Source of the DNA: Deltaproteobacteria bacterium
GTDB lineage: Bacteria; Desulfobacterota; JADFXK01
Length of the DNA stretch: 37,454 nt
Assembly: GCA_015233355.1 (NCBI GenBank)
Contig: JADFXY010000003.1
Location: 1 to 37,454, forward strand
Reading direction: 5' to 3'
In this document: piece by piece, positions 35,601 through 37,454 of the stretch
How positions within the stretch are numbered: the first letter of the stretch is position 1
How the letters are laid out: the number at the start of each line of letters is the position of its first letter
Translations under genes and position numbers: made by a program
Notes under the pieces: generated by a model
Told to the model about the DNA's origin: nothing
Seen by the model: only the letters and a program-made list of their open reading frames with translations
The model's database searches: none

Positions 35601-36694
35601 TCGTTTGGCCCCTTAATTTCAATAGATCTGCTGTAATCTCCCCGGCTGATACTCAGTGCGATATCCGACACCTCCCGCAGGGTATCGGTTTTTTTGCGGA
35701 GCGCCAAGCCCAGTTCATCCTCTTCCGAGCGGGGGGCGACGATTCCCCGAAAGTCACCAGCCGCCACAGCCTCAGACTGTTTCACTACTTCTCTAAAGTT
35801 AGTCACGATTTGATTCAGTGACAAAGCGACCAGATCATATCTGCTTTTTACCTCAACCGTCCGGGTGAAATTTCCCAACGCAATCTTTTCAGCTAGATTT
35901 GCCTTTTCCTGCAAATTCGACTGCATTTCCCGAAATGAGTTGGCTAACTCACCTATTTCATCCCTTGAATGAATGTCGATTTCCTTTCTAAAATCTCCTT
36001 CAGCCATGCTCAACATGGTGGCTACAATCTTTTTCAGCGGTATGTTTATGCTCCGGGTAATCACCAGGGCGATTAATGCTCCGGCCAGGAAAGTCGAGAT
36101 AATAACCAGGAGCATAAAAATCAAAGTTCGATTTTTAACCATTTCGGCGTCGGCATAAAAAGCTTCCGCTTTATTATTGGAGAATTCTCTGACATACCTC
36201 ACTTTTTTAATCAGGTCTTCGACAAGTTTTATACCTTTATTCTGAACCAATTCTGCTGCCGCTTCTCCTTTGCCCTCACGCATCAGCTGAATTATCTCGG
36301 TCCGAATCGGACGCCAGTCGAGAAAAAGTTGATAGGCATCCTGGGCTATTCTCTTTTCCCCCAAAAACCGGTCCAAGACTATGTCAAATTGCTCTCGTGT
36401 TTCTTGATCATGTCGATTTATCCTTATTGATGACTCCATAACATGTTTCTGGTCCGCATGTTCCACCATGTCTCTGATCAATTCATCCATAAGGATTATG
36501 TTGGCCCTGATATCCCTGATGGCCCGCCCCACCATCAGAGGATGACGGTACATATTGCCCGTCATACCGGCAATGGAGTGAATTTCAACCATGGCCAGGA
36601 CACCAACCGCGACGGTTAATGCGACCACTATGGAAAATCCCAGCAGTAGACGGGAACCTATTTTCAAACTGGACAAACCTATTTTCATCGTCAT
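32693..36694 (-). CDS. Large hybrid sensor histidine kinase: TM-helical sensor (4HB_MCP-like)-TM-four HAMP-like units-GAF-coiled coil-HisKA-HATPase_c-three REC domains
   Basis: 1333 aa with two TM helices (about aa 14-36 and 190-212). Four tandem HAMP-like units have AS2 segments (E/L/A/R)G(D/N)(F/Y)...(EIGEL / LVALSL / ELGLAL / QLGQAL). The GAF segment is NAQIGSVYIAKDD...VVVPFLYDNQVKGVLELG. The coiled coil spans aa 545-645. The H-box is FLANMSHELRTPLNS (His656). HATPase_c is LVANAVKFT...DTGVGIP...GGTGLGLSISKELAKLLGG. The REC domains begin ILIIEDD, LLIVEDD and ILVVDDD. Confidence 0.9.
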   Translation of the reverse strand: MTMKIGLSSLKIGSRLLLGFSIVVALTVAVGVLAMVEIHSIAGMTGNMYRHPLMVGRAIRDIRANIILMDELIRDMVEHADQKHVMESSIRINRHDQETREQFDIVLDRFLGEKRIAQDAYQLFLDWRPIRTEIIQLMREGKGEAAAELVQNKGIKLVEDLIKKVRYVREFSNNKAEAFYADAEMVKNRTLIFMLLVIISTFLAGALIALVITRSINIPLKKIVATMLSMAEGDFRKEIDIHSRDEIGELANSFREMQSNLQEKANLAEKIALGNFTRTVEVKSRYDLVALSLNQIVTNFREVVKQSEAVAAGDFRGIVAPRSEEDELGLALRKKTDTLREVSDIALSISRGDYSRSIEIKGPNDQLGQALNNMTQSLRNTTAENQRQNWIKTGQTELNEKISGEQDIYSLGKNIISFLAKYLNAQIGSVYIAKDDQRLGLVGSYAFNKRKSLANVYELGQGLVGQAALEREIISVTNVPEDYIRINSSFGDTLPRNIVVVPFLYDNQVKGVLELGAVNEFSDQVLNFLSVVGGTLAVAFNTAASRQKLQELLTETSRQAEELQMQQEELAASNEELEEQTMALKMSEQQLKQQQEELQVVNEELEEKNNYLEEQKSQIQQKNLDLEIIGQDLEKKAKELEITGKYKSEFLANMSHELRTPLNSLLILARNLSDNKKENLTPDQVEAARVIYKSGADLLLLINEILDLSKIEAGKMTINVGEVILTELADNLKSNFKHVFEEKGLIFNLNLDAGLPAAIKTDQQRLEQILKNLVANAVKFTHQGSVTVDFSLPRADADLSAIGLRTAEAVAISVTDTGVGIPQGKLFEVFQAFHQVDGGTSRKYGGTGLGLSISKELAKLLGGELQLHSRVGLGSTFTLFLPIEAGGCPDRQMVRPVGPGVSPSEESARAALPGDVQASGSKVFPQRFEAEPVSDDRADISKDDRCILIIEDDPNFARILRDQCHEKGFKALVSATGEGGLRLAEKHIPEAVILDLSLPGINGWEVLDALKINSKIRHIPVHIISASETSLDAFKRGAIGFLTKPVQQEQLEDAFGKIEEVLDKKIKDLLIVEDDETLRRAIVDLVGEEDVKITEAATGREALTALRQAGFDCMVLDLGLPDMTGFELLNQLEKERHISLPPVIVYTGKELSREDEAELRRFADSIIIKGVKSEERLLDETALFLHRMVKTMPEKKQKMIISLHDRENIFTAKKILVVDDDMRNVFALARVLKDKGMNVIKAEDGKKALSLLNEHPDVDLVLMDIMMPVLDGYETTKKIREQARFTRLPIIALTAKAMKDDREKCIAAGASDYLSKPVDVDRLLSMMRVWLYK

Positions 36695-36741
36695 GTTTTC
36701 TTCCTAATCATCCTCAGCTGTTTCATTCCACTCCAGTCCAC

Positions 36742-37454
36742 CTAAAAGGCCGCGCTCTTAGGCGTTCGAGGAAATGGAATAACATCTCTAATATTGGCCA
36801 TTCCAGTGACAAACTGGACCAGCCGGTCAAACCCTAAGCCGAACCCGGCATGGGGGGCGCTGCCGAATTCCCGCAGCTCTAGATACCACCAGTAGGTATC
36901 AAGGCTTAATCCCGCTTCAAGCATCCGGTCTTGCAATGTCTGATACCGCTCTTCCCGCTGGCTGCCGCCGATAATCTCCCCAATCTTAGGCACCAGGACG
37001 TCCATGGCGGCCACAGTCCGGCCGTCGTCGTTCAGGCGCATATAAAACGGCTTAATCTCTTTGGGATAATCGGTGACCACCACCGGCTTCTTAACCCATT
37101 TCTCGGTCAGGTAACGCTCATGTTCGGTGGCCAAATCAGCGCCCCAACTGACTGGAAAGGCGAAATTTTCATTTGACCTGGTCAGTATCTCCACGGCCTC
37201 GGTGTAGCTAATCCGTTCAAAATCGCTTTGAATAATCTTCTCCAAAGTCTCGATCACCGTTGGGTCAATCAACTTGTTGAAGAAGCTCATGTCTTCCGGG
37301 CAGTGTTGCAGGATGTGGCTGAATACGGCCTTAAGGAACTCCTCGGCCAGATCGACGTCGCCGGCCAAGTCACAAAAGGCGCATTCCGGCTCGACCATCC
37401 AGAACTCCGACAGATGTCTGGATGTATTTGAATTTTCCGCCCGAAACGTGGGGC
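36742..37454 (-). CDS. asnS: Asparagine--tRNA ligase, C-terminal part (5' end outside the window)
   Basis: The frame is open to the right edge. It contains ...[22 protein letters not shown] (class II motif 2 context). The C-terminus is [40 protein letters not shown], which closely matches the AsnRS C-terminus as I recall it from E. coli (...[15 protein letters not shown]). Confidence 0.92.
   Translation of the reverse strand, partial: PTFRAENSNTSRHLSEFWMVEPECAFCDLAGDVDLAEEFLKAVFSHILQHCPEDMSFFNKLIDPTVIETLEKIIQSDFERISYTEAVEILTRSNENFAFPVSWGADLATEHERYLTEKWVKKPVVVTDYPKEIKPFYMRLNDDGRTVAAMDVLVPKIGEIIGGSQREERYQTLQDRMLEAGLSLDTYWWYLELREFGSAPHAGFGLGFDRLVQFVTGMANIRDVIPFPRTPKSAAF

Overview
The window is a 37.45-kb, mostly housekeeping chromosomal segment. 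Its gene content and intergenic repeats look like a Desulfobacterota (deltaproteobacterial) type genome, but that is inference only. All domain calls come from reading motifs in the translations; no searches were run. I call 26 protein genes and 1 pseudogene. I found no rRNA, tRNA, CRISPR array, transposase or integrase.

Gene order, left to right:
- MacA/HlyD-type efflux adaptor (-), truncated by the left edge and absent from the ORF track
- PAS histidine kinase (-)
- five-gene Liv-type branched-chain amino-acid ABC importer (+)
- 52-aa rubredoxin (+), below the ORF-track size cutoff
- K+ channel (-)
- NYN-domain gene broken by two in-frame stops (-)
- TPR-AMIN-amidase_3 cell-wall amidase (-)
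- mutS (-)
- LapA-like protein (-)
- HIT hydrolase (-)
- a gene-free gap of about 760 bp
- M23 peptidase (+)
- GlcF-like Fe-S protein (+)
- GAF-PAS kinase (+)
- DUF2333-like membrane protein (+)
- asnB (+), GT2 glycosyltransferase (+), glyQ-glyS (+)
- a minus-strand operon: asnS, a 1333-aa kinase (4HB/poly-HAMP/GAF sensor, three receiver domains), cheR, a receiver-less cheB, and a REC-HK-REC hybrid kinase

Best candidate for an undescribed system: the CheR/CheB pair has no CheA, CheW or MCP partner anywhere in the window. The large kinase carries a Glu/Gln-pair-rich heptad coiled coil directly upstream of its H-box. This suggests a phosphorelay that adapts by methylation of the kinase itself.

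Second theme: three families of nested palindromic intergenic repeats.
- Family A is a 57-nt palindrome present three times, once circularly permuted.
- Family B is a 248-bp element with 62-nt inverted arms.
- Family C consists of GTTGC-heptad hairpin arms, seen once with adjacent arms and once with a family-A copy between them.
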